Shown here: in pieces, positions 37,516 to 45,845 of the stretch
How positions within the stretch are numbered: the first letter of the stretch is position 1
How the letters are laid out: every line of letters starts with the position of its first letter
DNA from: Lachnospiraceae bacterium
GTDB lineage: Bacteria > Bacillota > Clostridia > Lachnospirales > Lachnospiraceae
Direction: 5' to 3'
Assembly: GCA_051877755.1 (NCBI GenBank)
Contig: JBJEJE010000003.1
Location: 21,460 to 85,459 of the forward strand
Length of the DNA stretch: 64,000 nt
Made by a program: the position numbers and the translations under genes
The notes under the pieces: generated by a model
What the model was told of the DNA's origin: nothing
What the model saw: the letters and a program-made list of their open reading frames with translations, nothing else
The model's database searches: none

Positions 37516-38837
37516 GAATTGTCAATGGAGTGATATATGTCATTTTAATAGTATGTGTGGCAAGCTGGCTGTCGAAAAAAGGAAATACAGTGTTTATGGA
37601 ATTTGTACAACGACATCTTTATCTGCTGGCACTGTTGTTCGCTGTCAATAGTCTGAGTTTTGCCATGACTTTTCAGAGGGAAGACAGTCAAATTTATGTG
37701 GAGAAGGAGGATTATGGGGGAACGGAAAAACAGATTATCTTTCAGTTGGAAAAGGAAGGAGATACGGAAGAAGTAACACTGAATGTACGTCCAAGGAAAC
37801 TTAAGGAAGAAGAACTGGAAAAAAGAATGCAGGCTGCTTTCAAATATTATGAAACACATTTAAAAGGAGAAAATGACTCTCTGGAGCATGTATCAAAAAA
37901 ACTGGATATCCATCTGGATTATGAGGAATATCCCTTTGAAGTGGAGGTACAGCCGGAGAATTATACTCTGATAGATGAGGAAGGAAATATAAGAAATGAG
38001 GAATCGGAGCTTTTAGAAGCGGGTTTTACAAGGGAGGAGATAAAAGAAGGAATTGCCACATCTGTGACTGTTATCCTGTGGTATGGAGAGGAAAGCCGTC
38101 AGCATACCTATGTGCTTAATGTTTTTCCAAAGGAAAAAAGTGAAAAGGAGATGCTTTTTTCCAGTATTGAAGACAAGCTTTCGAAGGAAGAGAAAAAAGC
38201 AATCTATAAAGAGGGTTTTTATGTACCGGTAAACATGGAGGGAGTTGCAATTACAAAAAAAGACAGCACTGAAATCACACCATTTCATGTATTACTTTTT
38301 GGCTTCATTTTCACTGGTCTTTTGCTTATGCGGGAGAAAGAAGAAGAGAGGAAAAAGGAAACAGAGAGAAAACAAAAACTGCTATGGTGCTATCCATGGT
38401 TTGTCAATGAAATGGTTTTGCTGCTGGGGGCAGGAATGCAGGTAAAGAACATTTTTCAGATGCTGGTAAAAGACTATGAAAAAAATGGTATAGATGGGAC
38501 GGATAACCGGATGCCGTTGATGGAGGAACTAATGAAGGCAAAAAGAGGGTTTGAGCTTGGAATGCCGGAAGAACAGATTTATTACCAGCTGGGAAGAAGG
38601 CTGAAGCTGCCCTGCTATATCAAGCTTATGACTCTTCTGGAGCAGAATGTAAAGAAAGGAGGAAAAGGGATTACGGCTGTATTTGAGCAGGAGGAGATTA
38701 ATGCATTGGAGGAGCGGAAAAATCTGGCAAAGCGGTATGGTGAAGAGGCGGGAACAAAACTTTTAGGACCAATGATACTGTTGCTGCTTGTCATTATGCT
38801 GATGATCATGGTACCCGCATTTATGAGTTTCGCATGA
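37512..38837 (+). CDS. TadC-like T2SS-F-family membrane protein with a ~270-aa N-terminal extension
   Basis: The C-terminal 170 aa carry a T2SSF-like core (LLLGAGMQVKNIFQML...ELGMPEEQIYYQLGRRL...LLEQNVKKGGKGIT) and a terminal TM helix. The N-terminal part has one TM helix plus a charged extracytoplasmic region. Confidence 0.68.
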   Translation: MRIVNGVIYVILIVCVASWLSKKGNTVFMEFVQRHLYLLALLFAVNSLSFAMTFQREDSQIYVEKEDYGGTEKQIIFQLEKEGDTEEVTLNVRPRKLKEEELEKRMQAAFKYYETHLKGENDSLEHVSKKLDIHLDYEEYPFEVEVQPENYTLIDEEGNIRNEESELLEAGFTREEIKEGIATSVTVILWYGEESRQHTYVLNVFPKEKSEKEMLFSSIEDKLSKEEKKAIYKEGFYVPVNMEGVAITKKDSTEITPFHVLLFGFIFTGLLLMREKEEERKKETERKQKLLWCYPWFVNEMVLLLGAGMQVKNIFQMLVKDYEKNGIDGTDNRMPLMEELMKAKRGFELGMPEEQIYYQLGRRLKLPCYIKLMTLLEQNVKKGGKGITAVFEQEEINALEERKNLAKRYGEEAGTKLLGPMILLLLVIMLMIMVPAFMSFA

Positions 38838-38908
38838 AATACACTCTATTCTTTTTTAACTGGCAGTAAAGTATTGGCTGCAGCCGGGGAGAGCAAAATA
38901 GAAAGGAG

Positions 38909-39100
38909 GTGAGGACAATGAGTGTTTTAAAACGGGCATGGTTGGATTTTTTAAAGGATGAATCAGGTATGGGCGTTGTTGAGATTATTTTGATTATTGT
39001 CGTACTGATTGCCATGGTCTTAATCTTTAAAGAGCAGATTAAGGCACTTGTGGAGAATATCTGGGAATCCATTAACCAGAATGCCAAAAAAATTTATTAA
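38909..39100 (+). CDS. Flp-type (type IVb) prepilin
   Basis: 63 aa. The leader MSVLKRAWLDFLKDESG is followed by MGVVEIILIIVVLIAMVLIF, giving G/xxxxE with Glu at +5 and a hydrophobic helix. A strong GGAGGTGAGG RBS is present. Confidence 0.72.
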   Translation: MRTMSVLKRAWLDFLKDESGMGVVEIILIIVVLIAMVLIFKEQIKALVENIWESINQNAKKIY

Positions 39101-39182
39101 TTATTGTAACAGGAAAGAACAGTTTTTTTAGAAAAAGATAGTCGGTGCCAACGATTATCACAGCAAATTTGGGAGGTGTACT

Positions 39183-40682
39183 ATGAAGAACAAAGGCCAG
39201 ACTACTGTTGTGTTTTCTCTGATGATCAGTGTCCTCCTGCTTTTTACCTTGACTGCACTCGAGGTGGGAAGAATATACATGAGCAGAATAAAAATGAAGG
39301 CTGTTATTCATAGTGCACAGACCAGCATTATGGCGGATTATAACAGAGAGCTGTTTGAACGGTATCATTTACTCTTTATGGATCCAACTTACGGAACAGG
39401 AAGTGAAGCAGCGGCAGAAGAGAAAATCGAAGATTATCTGGAGGTATCTTTAAATGGCGGAGAAGAACCGGGTAAAATTTATGAATTTACCATTGAAGAA
39501 ATTGCTCTGACCAATGAAAAAAATATAGTAGAGGATCATATGGAGCAGTTGAAAAGACAGATAATGGAGTATGAGAAAACCGCTGGTATGGTGGAGAAAA
39601 TAACAGAACTGGGCAGTAAGTTAAAAGAAGCACAGCAGGATGTACAAAAGGCAGAGGATGAAACCAATAGAAACGGAGAGGTATTACCGGATACGGGTGA
39701 GGAAAATACTTCGGAACAATCATCCGAAACAGGTGAGGATGGCGCAGATATGCCGGATGTGGAGGTGACAGACCCAAGGGATACATTAAAGGAATCATTA
39801 AAATTAGGAATTCTTGCTCTGGTACTGCCAGAGAATGCCGATATCTCCCGAGAAGAACAGGATTTTACTAATTCACCGTCAAAAGAGTATTCCAAAATGG
39901 AAGATGAGGAACGGGACAGCAGCTTCCAGAATATTGATATTTTAAAAAATCTATTGAAGGATTCCGTAAAGGATGTAAATAACCAGACATTAAAAGATCA
40001 GGCCGCTTTTGCGGGATATGTGAAAAGTCATTTTTCCAATGCAGTAAATCAGAGGGAGGATTCTGTGTTAAAGTGCGAGGCTGAATATATTTTAAAGGGT
40101 AAAAACAGTGATTATGACAATCTGGAAAGTGTTGTGACAGAACTGACATGGCTTCGGATGCCGGTTAATTATGCGTATCTGGTAAGTGATGAAGCAAAGC
40201 AGAGTGAGGCACTTACATTGTCGGCGGCAATCTGTACTGCAACGGGAACCCTGCCTATGATAGAGATAACAAAATATCTTTTGTTAGGATGCTGGGCATA
40301 TGGAGAGTCCGTTTATGAAGTGAAGCTGTTGCTGGCAGGAGAAAAAATACCTTACATAAAAACCAGTGCCAGATGGTATACCGATTTGAAAAGTCTGAAA
40401 GCGTCCGAAACAGTTTCTTCACAGAAAACAGGTATGGATTATGAGGATTTTCTGCTGCTGCTTTTGGTCAAGAAAGGAAAAGAGGATGCTGCTTATGCAA
40501 GAATGCTGGATTTAATAGAACTGAATCTGCAGCAGAAAGACTCCGATTTTCGTCTCTGCAATCTTATAGGAGAACTGACAGTTCAGGGAATAATCCATGT
40601 GAATGCACTGTTTGTGAAAAAGGGAAATACGGAAGTGTATGACTATTTTTTTGAAGAAGGATTTTCCTATACAGAGAATTAA
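39183..40682 (+). CDS. Large pilus-associated protein with a pseudopilin-like N-terminal helix (DUF5702-like)
   Basis: 499 aa. The N-terminus is MKNKGQTTVVFSLMISVLLLFTLTALEVGR. It has an acidic linker and lies inside the Tad operon. Confidence 0.5.
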   Translation: MKNKGQTTVVFSLMISVLLLFTLTALEVGRIYMSRIKMKAVIHSAQTSIMADYNRELFERYHLLFMDPTYGTGSEAAAEEKIEDYLEVSLNGGEEPGKIYEFTIEEIALTNEKNIVEDHMEQLKRQIMEYEKTAGMVEKITELGSKLKEAQQDVQKAEDETNRNGEVLPDTGEENTSEQSSETGEDGADMPDVEVTDPRDTLKESLKLGILALVLPENADISREEQDFTNSPSKEYSKMEDEERDSSFQNIDILKNLLKDSVKDVNNQTLKDQAAFAGYVKSHFSNAVNQREDSVLKCEAEYILKGKNSDYDNLESVVTELTWLRMPVNYAYLVSDEAKQSEALTLSAAICTATGTLPMIEITKYLLLGCWAYGESVYEVKLLLAGEKIPYIKTSARWYTDLKSLKASETVSSQKTGMDYEDFLLLLLVKKGKEDAAYARMLDLIELNLQQKDSDFRLCNLIGELTVQGIIHVNALFVKKGNTEVYDYFFEEGFSYTEN

Positions 40683-40865
40683 TATAACAGAAAATCTTAT
40701 ATATCTTTATAAGCTCTTATATGAAACGACCCAATGAATCAAAATGAATAAAAAGAGTAGCTTACGTTCAATATAATTTTTTGAATCTCCAGGTATGAAC
40801 AAGAAGTTTTGTATAAGAGTTTTTAAAGATATATAGGAGTAGAACATAATAGGATAAAGAGGTAT

Positions 40866-41654
40866 ATGGAAATGGTGGGAAAAGGCAGAATGGAAAAGAG
40901 GCATATAAAGCAAAAAAACAGAGGATATATTACGGTGGAAGCAAGCCTTGTGGTGCCGTTGTTTCTGTTCTTTTTATTAGCTGTGGTTAAAATTTATATG
41001 CTGCTTATAGCGGATGCCCATATTCATCAAAGTCTCGCAGAGGCAGCGGGATATGTCTCACAGTATTGTTATCTGGAACAGCAGATTATCAGGGAAGATG
41101 TGAAGGGGCTGGAAGCGGTTGTCAACACGGCAGTGCTTATCAGCCAGTTTGGAGATTATCTGGGAGATGATTTTTATGTGGAAACTATGGTGTCAGGTGG
41201 AAAAAAAGGAATTCTACTTACAGTATCTAAGGATGATGATAATCCGAAGATATTTTATGCAAAAGCAGATTATTTAATAAAAATATCTGTTCCAATCATT
41301 GGTGGTTTTTATATAAAAAGAAACTGCCGCATTAAGCAGAAAGCATTTCTTGGATATAGCCGGGAAGAAAAAAGTGAATGTTATGTTTATATAACACCCA
41401 ATCAGTCTGTTTATCATACAAAGCGAAATTGTACACATCTAGAACTTAAGATAAGAGAAAGTACAAGTACAGGAAAATTTAATCCCTGCAGTTTTTGTGG
41501 AAAAAATGTGGAAGCAGGAGAAAAAGTATATATTGCGGAAAATGGAGGGGTGTATCACTGTAACCGGAATTGCAGTGGACTAAAGCGGACAGTAACAAGA
41601 GTACGGCTTAGTGAAGTAAGGGGATTAGGACCATGTCAACGGTGTGGAAAATAG
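40866..41654 (+). CDS. TadE-like pseudopilin with a duplicated Cys/His C-terminal motif
   Basis: The N-terminus RG/YITVEASLVVPLFLFFLLAV fits G-x4-E. The C-terminus has two copies of VY(I/V)xxNxxVYHxxRNCxxL plus CSFCG and CQRCG. Confidence 0.55.
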   Translation: MEMVGKGRMEKRHIKQKNRGYITVEASLVVPLFLFFLLAVVKIYMLLIADAHIHQSLAEAAGYVSQYCYLEQQIIREDVKGLEAVVNTAVLISQFGDYLGDDFYVETMVSGGKKGILLTVSKDDDNPKIFYAKADYLIKISVPIIGGFYIKRNCRIKQKAFLGYSREEKSECYVYITPNQSVYHTKRNCTHLELKIRESTSTGKFNPCSFCGKNVEAGEKVYIAENGGVYHCNRNCSGLKRTVTRVRLSEVRGLGPCQRCGK

Positions 41655-41678
41655 GATTTTTGTCAGAGAGGAGAAAGA

Positions 41679-42023
41679 ATGAAAAAGAATAAGGGAAGTG
41701 CAATAATTGAGATGTCGTTGTTAACACCAGTCTTTTTGGGATGCGTTTTCTTATACATAATGTGCTTTTTGTTTTTTATTGAGACAGGAAGGGAAATGAA
41801 CTACTTGTCAGAACGCATCTATGCAAAAGAAGCAGAAGAGAATAACAATTTTACAGATAATTCATTTGAAGAAATTTGTGTTTATACCCAGGGGAGCACA
41901 AAAATTGCAGATATAAACAGAGAGGATACATGGTTTTCTTTTCATTTGGAATTACGAAAGGATGAAAGTGATCCGGTAATAAATCTTAGGAGGTGGCAGA
42001 TGATTGCAGATACAGTTCAGTAA
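41679..42023 (+). CDS. Small TadE-like pseudopilin
   Basis: 114 aa. The N-terminus MKKNKG/SAIIEMSLLTPVFLGCVFLYIM fits G-x4-E followed by a hydrophobic helix. Confidence 0.55.
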   Translation: MKKNKGSAIIEMSLLTPVFLGCVFLYIMCFLFFIETGREMNYLSERIYAKEAEENNNFTDNSFEEICVYTQGSTKIADINREDTWFSFHLELRKDESDPVINLRRWQMIADTVQ

Positions 42024-43371
42024 AGAGGGATTGCAAAATTATATGGTGGTGCCGTGGGAAGATAAATGGAAAGATGGATACCAGAGTAATCTGTTACAGC
42101 ATCATGAGGTGCCGCATTTTTTGCAGTATGAAGTGCGGGAACTGAATGGATGCGTTTCTTTATATTACAGATTGAAATACCGTACTTCATTAAAATCGGT
42201 TATAGGACAACTGCCTTTTTCCTTTGTCAGAGTAAAGAATATGGTAGCGGATATTATAGGTGTTTTGGAAACGGTAGAGGAATATCTGTTAGAAGCGGAG
42301 GGGATTGTGTGGAAAACAGAGTGGGTGTTTTTAGAGCCGGATACGGGTAAATTACTGTTTTGTTATTATCCGGATTTAGCCGGGGATACCGGTAATATGC
42401 GGACATTTCTCACCGAAATAATACAGGGCATTGATAAAAAACAGGAGGAAACGCTGTTGTTTGCTATGCAGTTTTATGACCTGGTTACAGAACCAGATTG
42501 TACGTTAGACGACTTGCAGCAATTCAGACAGAATAAAATAGAAGAGGATTTCTATAAAAGTGATTTGTGGGAAGCTGCACCGGTTTCCTCGGAAGAATCG
42601 AACATAGAGAATATGGCTGAAGCAGGCGTTATGATAGATAAGGAAGAAAAGCCTCAGCCTCAAAACAATCTTTGTACAGTTGGGAAACGGATTGTAAAGG
42701 GGCTTTTAGCAGTAACAGTGTTTGTGGATTTTATGTTGCTGATTGGTCTGGTTTTTAATGTGCTGACCTATGACTCCATGGGATATTTGTTTGGGGGAAT
42801 GGGTGTATTGATCCTGCTTACCATTATCTATATGCAGATGTCAAAGGAGGATTCTCCGGATGAGATCATGAAGGATTATTTTGAGGAGCAAAAGACGGTA
42901 AAGAAAGAGGATGATAACAGATTTGGATGTGAGGAGGATTGGGATGCTCCGGATTTTAAGAACCGGGAAGTGGATAAAACTGTGGATTATTATGGAGAAA
43001 CCAGCATTTTAACTGAAGATAATTTTAAGAGTTCAGAGGAAGAAATTGTAAATGAAAAAAACCAAGGACACTTGTATCTGGAATCATTAGAAAAGGAAAA
43101 ATATCCGCCAATTCATATTAAAAATGAGAGCATTGTTCTAGGCTGTATGGTGGATGGATGTAATTATATTCTACCGGAGCGTGGAATCAGCCGTCTGCAT
43201 GCAAAGATTATGGAAAAGGGGGATGGAATTTATCTGCTGGATTTAAATTCTACCAATGGAACCTATTTAAATGGGGAGATTTTGGAAAGCGGGCAGGATT
43301 ATAAATTAGAAGAAGGCGACCATGTCGCCTTCGCCAAAAGTGAATTCTATGTTGCTGTGGAACCAGTGTAA
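42004..43371 (+). CDS. Membrane protein with a C-terminal FHA domain
   Basis: FHA signatures are ISRLHAKIMEKGDGIYLLDLNSTNGTYLNGE. Two central TM helices are present (LLAVTVFVDFMLLIGLVF, FGGMGVLILLTIIYM). It is the last gene of the Tad cluster. The TTG start follows GGAGGTGG. Confidence 0.8.
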   Translation: MQIQFSKEGLQNYMVVPWEDKWKDGYQSNLLQHHEVPHFLQYEVRELNGCVSLYYRLKYRTSLKSVIGQLPFSFVRVKNMVADIIGVLETVEEYLLEAEGIVWKTEWVFLEPDTGKLLFCYYPDLAGDTGNMRTFLTEIIQGIDKKQEETLLFAMQFYDLVTEPDCTLDDLQQFRQNKIEEDFYKSDLWEAAPVSSEESNIENMAEAGVMIDKEEKPQPQNNLCTVGKRIVKGLLAVTVFVDFMLLIGLVFNVLTYDSMGYLFGGMGVLILLTIIYMQMSKEDSPDEIMKDYFEEQKTVKKEDDNRFGCEEDWDAPDFKNREVDKTVDYYGETSILTEDNFKSSEEEIVNEKNQGHLYLESLEKEKYPPIHIKNESIVLGCMVDGCNYILPERGISRLHAKIMEKGDGIYLLDLNSTNGTYLNGEILESGQDYKLEEGDHVAFAKSEFYVAVEPV

Positions 43372-43376
43372 TTCCT

Positions 43377-44486
43377 TTATTTCTTTGGTTTTCCATTTGC
43401 ATCAAACTGTACCTTCATGTCTTTACTCAGGCGGTTAATCTTTTCAATGAGTCTTTTTTTGGATGAGCCGGTGAGAAGCCGGGGCTGATAGTCATTGGTA
43501 TAGGAAGAGCCCGAAAGCGAACATGGAAGAATCCGGGTATCCCGTTTTTTCAGCAGTTTTCCATTTTTCACATAGAAGGTTTGTTGAAAGATCATAGTAT
43601 CCTTATCGGCAGGATTCATATTGCCGCCAAAACAGAAATTCCCCAGGCTATAGACAATATAACAGTTTTTGTATTTCTCAACTCCCTGTAGGACATGAGG
43701 GTGATGTCCAAGTACCAGGGAAGCACCATTGTCAATGGCACTGTGAGCCAGAGATTTCTGGGTACTGTTTGGATAGTATTCTCTTTCAATTCCCCAGTGG
43801 AAGCTGACAATGATTATTTTTGCCTTGTGTTTTTTGGCTGTCTGGATGGTATGTTTCACCTGTTCATTGGTGACACCGTTAATCTGGCTGAATCCAAGAA
43901 AAGCAATTTTCACACCGTTTACCTTCTTGTAGGCAATGGTTCCATAATGGCAGTATTGAATGTGATTTTTTTTAAGAACTTTTTTGGTATTATCAAAAGC
44001 GGCTGTTCCATAATCCATGGAATGGTTATTTGCCAGATTTACCACCTCCACAGAACCTTTTGTCAGAATTCTGGCATAACTGTCGGGTCCTTTAAAGGCG
44101 TATTTTTTTGGTGCCCGGTTTTTCGAGGTTGTAAGAGTGCCCTCAAAATTAACAATAGTAACATCATCTTTAGAAAATATTTTTTTTACTTTTTTAAAAA
44201 AATAGGCAGAACCGTATTTTTGGTAATAAGTATCAAAGCTGTGGTTAATGGTCGGGTCGATTCCGAGGGTGCAGTCACCGGCGGCACTAATCGTAATTTT
44301 GATAGTTTGGTTCTTTTTTTTCTTTGTGCTCAGGCTGTTTGTCTGTGTTGTTGCTTGTTCTGTATTTATCTCAGTGGAAGAAGGTTCAACTGTATCTGAT
44401 TGGGAGGGAAGTTCGGCAGCGGCCGCAGAAATTCCTGAATAAACCAATAAAAATAGAAAGAATAGTATTTTCAACCCTGTTTTCAT
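43377..44486 (-). CDS. CapA-family (PGA_cap metallophosphatase-like) secreted protein
   Basis: A signal peptide is present (MKTGLKILFFLFLLVYSGISAAA). GDCTLG, NFEG, NLANNH, VSFHWG and LGHHPHVLQG motifs are present. Start is at ATG 44486 with a GAAGGGGA RBS. Confidence 0.8.
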   Translation of the reverse strand: MKTGLKILFFLFLLVYSGISAAAAELPSQSDTVEPSSTEINTEQATTQTNSLSTKKKKNQTIKITISAAGDCTLGIDPTINHSFDTYYQKYGSAYFFKKVKKIFSKDDVTIVNFEGTLTTSKNRAPKKYAFKGPDSYARILTKGSVEVVNLANNHSMDYGTAAFDNTKKVLKKNHIQYCHYGTIAYKKVNGVKIAFLGFSQINGVTNEQVKHTIQTAKKHKAKIIIVSFHWGIEREYYPNSTQKSLAHSAIDNGASLVLGHHPHVLQGVEKYKNCYIVYSLGNFCFGGNMNPADKDTMIFQQTFYVKNGKLLKKRDTRILPCSLSGSSYTNDYQPRLLTGSSKKRLIEKINRLSKDMKVQFDANGKPKK

Positions 44487-44661
44487 ATTCTTTTCCCCTT
44501 CATCTATTAATACAAAATTTAACATCATATTATCAGAAAAAAATTATATTGTGAAGTGCTGTCTGCCAAGGATTGGCAATCTGTAATGACCGGGAGCATT
44601 TTCTTGTATTTTAAGTTGTAAAATCATGCATTTTCAGCTATACTTATATTGGTATATTGTC

Positions 44662-45807
44662 ATGAAGACAGATAAAGGTTTTGACAGACGGATACAGGAA
44701 TTGCTGTTGGAGGTGAGTATTACGAAAATTAACATTTACTATGGTGGAAGAGGGTTGATGGAAGACCCTACAATTTACGTGTTGAATAAAATGACGGAGG
44801 TTTTAAAGGAGCTTCGTGTAGAAGTGGACCGTTATAATATATTCGAGGATAAGAATGCCATTGCCACACTTCCGGCGACTTTGAAAGGTGCTGATGGAGT
44901 TATTCTTGCCACAACGGTGGAGTGGTTTGGAATTGGCGGTTATATGCAGCAGTTTCTGGATATGTGCTGGCTATATGCAGATAAGCAGGAATTAAGCAGT
45001 ATGTATATGCTTCCAGTTGTCATGGCGACCACCTATGGGGAACGGGATGCGGAACTTAGTCTGGTAAAAGCATGGGAGACCTTAGGAGGAATTCCAATTA
45101 CCGGTCTGGTTGCCTATGTGGAGAATCTGGATGAGTTTGAACAGAACGAAAGCTATAGCAGGATTATAGAAAAGAAAACAGAGACATTGTATCGTTCTAT
45201 TCACCAGAAAACAGAAAGTCTGCCTACCAGTAATCTGGCAGTTAAGACCAGTCTTTTAAAGACGCGAACCATTGAACTGACACCACAGGAGAGTGAACAG
45301 CTTTCCAAATTTGTCAGTGACGAAACCTATGTCAAACAGCAGAAAGAAGATATCGAAGAACTGTCTGCCATGTTTAAGAAGATGTTAAGAGACAATGGTA
45401 CAGAGGAAACAGAGCATACAGGTAGTGATTCGGATGATAATACGGACGGGGAACAGGCTGCAGTTACCGGAAAAGAGAATATAGTGAATGCGGCAGAGGA
45501 CAGCATTGTGTCGGCTTTTATCAAGAATTATAAGCCGGAGCAGGATTTTACGGCATCTTATGCCATTATCATTTCCGATAAGAATTTGATTCTTCATTTA
45601 GAGGCAACACCGGAGCACATAAAGGCTTTCTATGCAGCAACGGATGAAGCGGATGTGATTCTACGTACCACAACGAAGGTGCTTGATAACATACTGGCAG
45701 GAAAGGCTTCTTTCCAAAGGGGATTTATGGCAGGAGAGATTTCTGCGAAGGGTAATTTTAAAACACTTCGGATGCTGGATACGATTTTCGGTTTTGAGAA
45801 AGTATAG
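44662..45807 (+). CDS. Flavodoxin-like fold protein fused to a C-terminal SCP2 sterol-carrier-like domain
   Basis: The N-terminal region is KINIYYGGRG...ADGVILATTVEWFGIGGYMQQFLD. The C-terminal region is AGKASFQRGFMAGEISAKGNFKTLRMLDTIF. The start is uncertain. Confidence 0.55.
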   Translation: MKTDKGFDRRIQELLLEVSITKINIYYGGRGLMEDPTIYVLNKMTEVLKELRVEVDRYNIFEDKNAIATLPATLKGADGVILATTVEWFGIGGYMQQFLDMCWLYADKQELSSMYMLPVVMATTYGERDAELSLVKAWETLGGIPITGLVAYVENLDEFEQNESYSRIIEKKTETLYRSIHQKTESLPTSNLAVKTSLLKTRTIELTPQESEQLSKFVSDETYVKQQKEDIEELSAMFKKMLRDNGTEETEHTGSDSDDNTDGEQAAVTGKENIVNAAEDSIVSAFIKNYKPEQDFTASYAIIISDKNLILHLEATPEHIKAFYAATDEADVILRTTTKVLDNILAGKASFQRGFMAGEISAKGNFKTLRMLDTIFGFEKV

Positions 45808-45845
45808 GAAATGAAAGCATTTAACTAGTTAGGATGTGAAATGAT

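Noticed and set aside
43695-44399. 234-aa ORF antisense to the CapA-family gene
   Set aside because: It is nested antisense to a CDS with clear family motifs, and the Phe/Cys-rich translation is typical of a non-coding frame.
44560-44580. TGCCAAGGATTGGCA palindrome as a sigma-54 (-24/-12) promoter
   Set aside because: TGGCA is present, but no TTGC element sits at the required spacing. It is more likely a simple inverted repeat.
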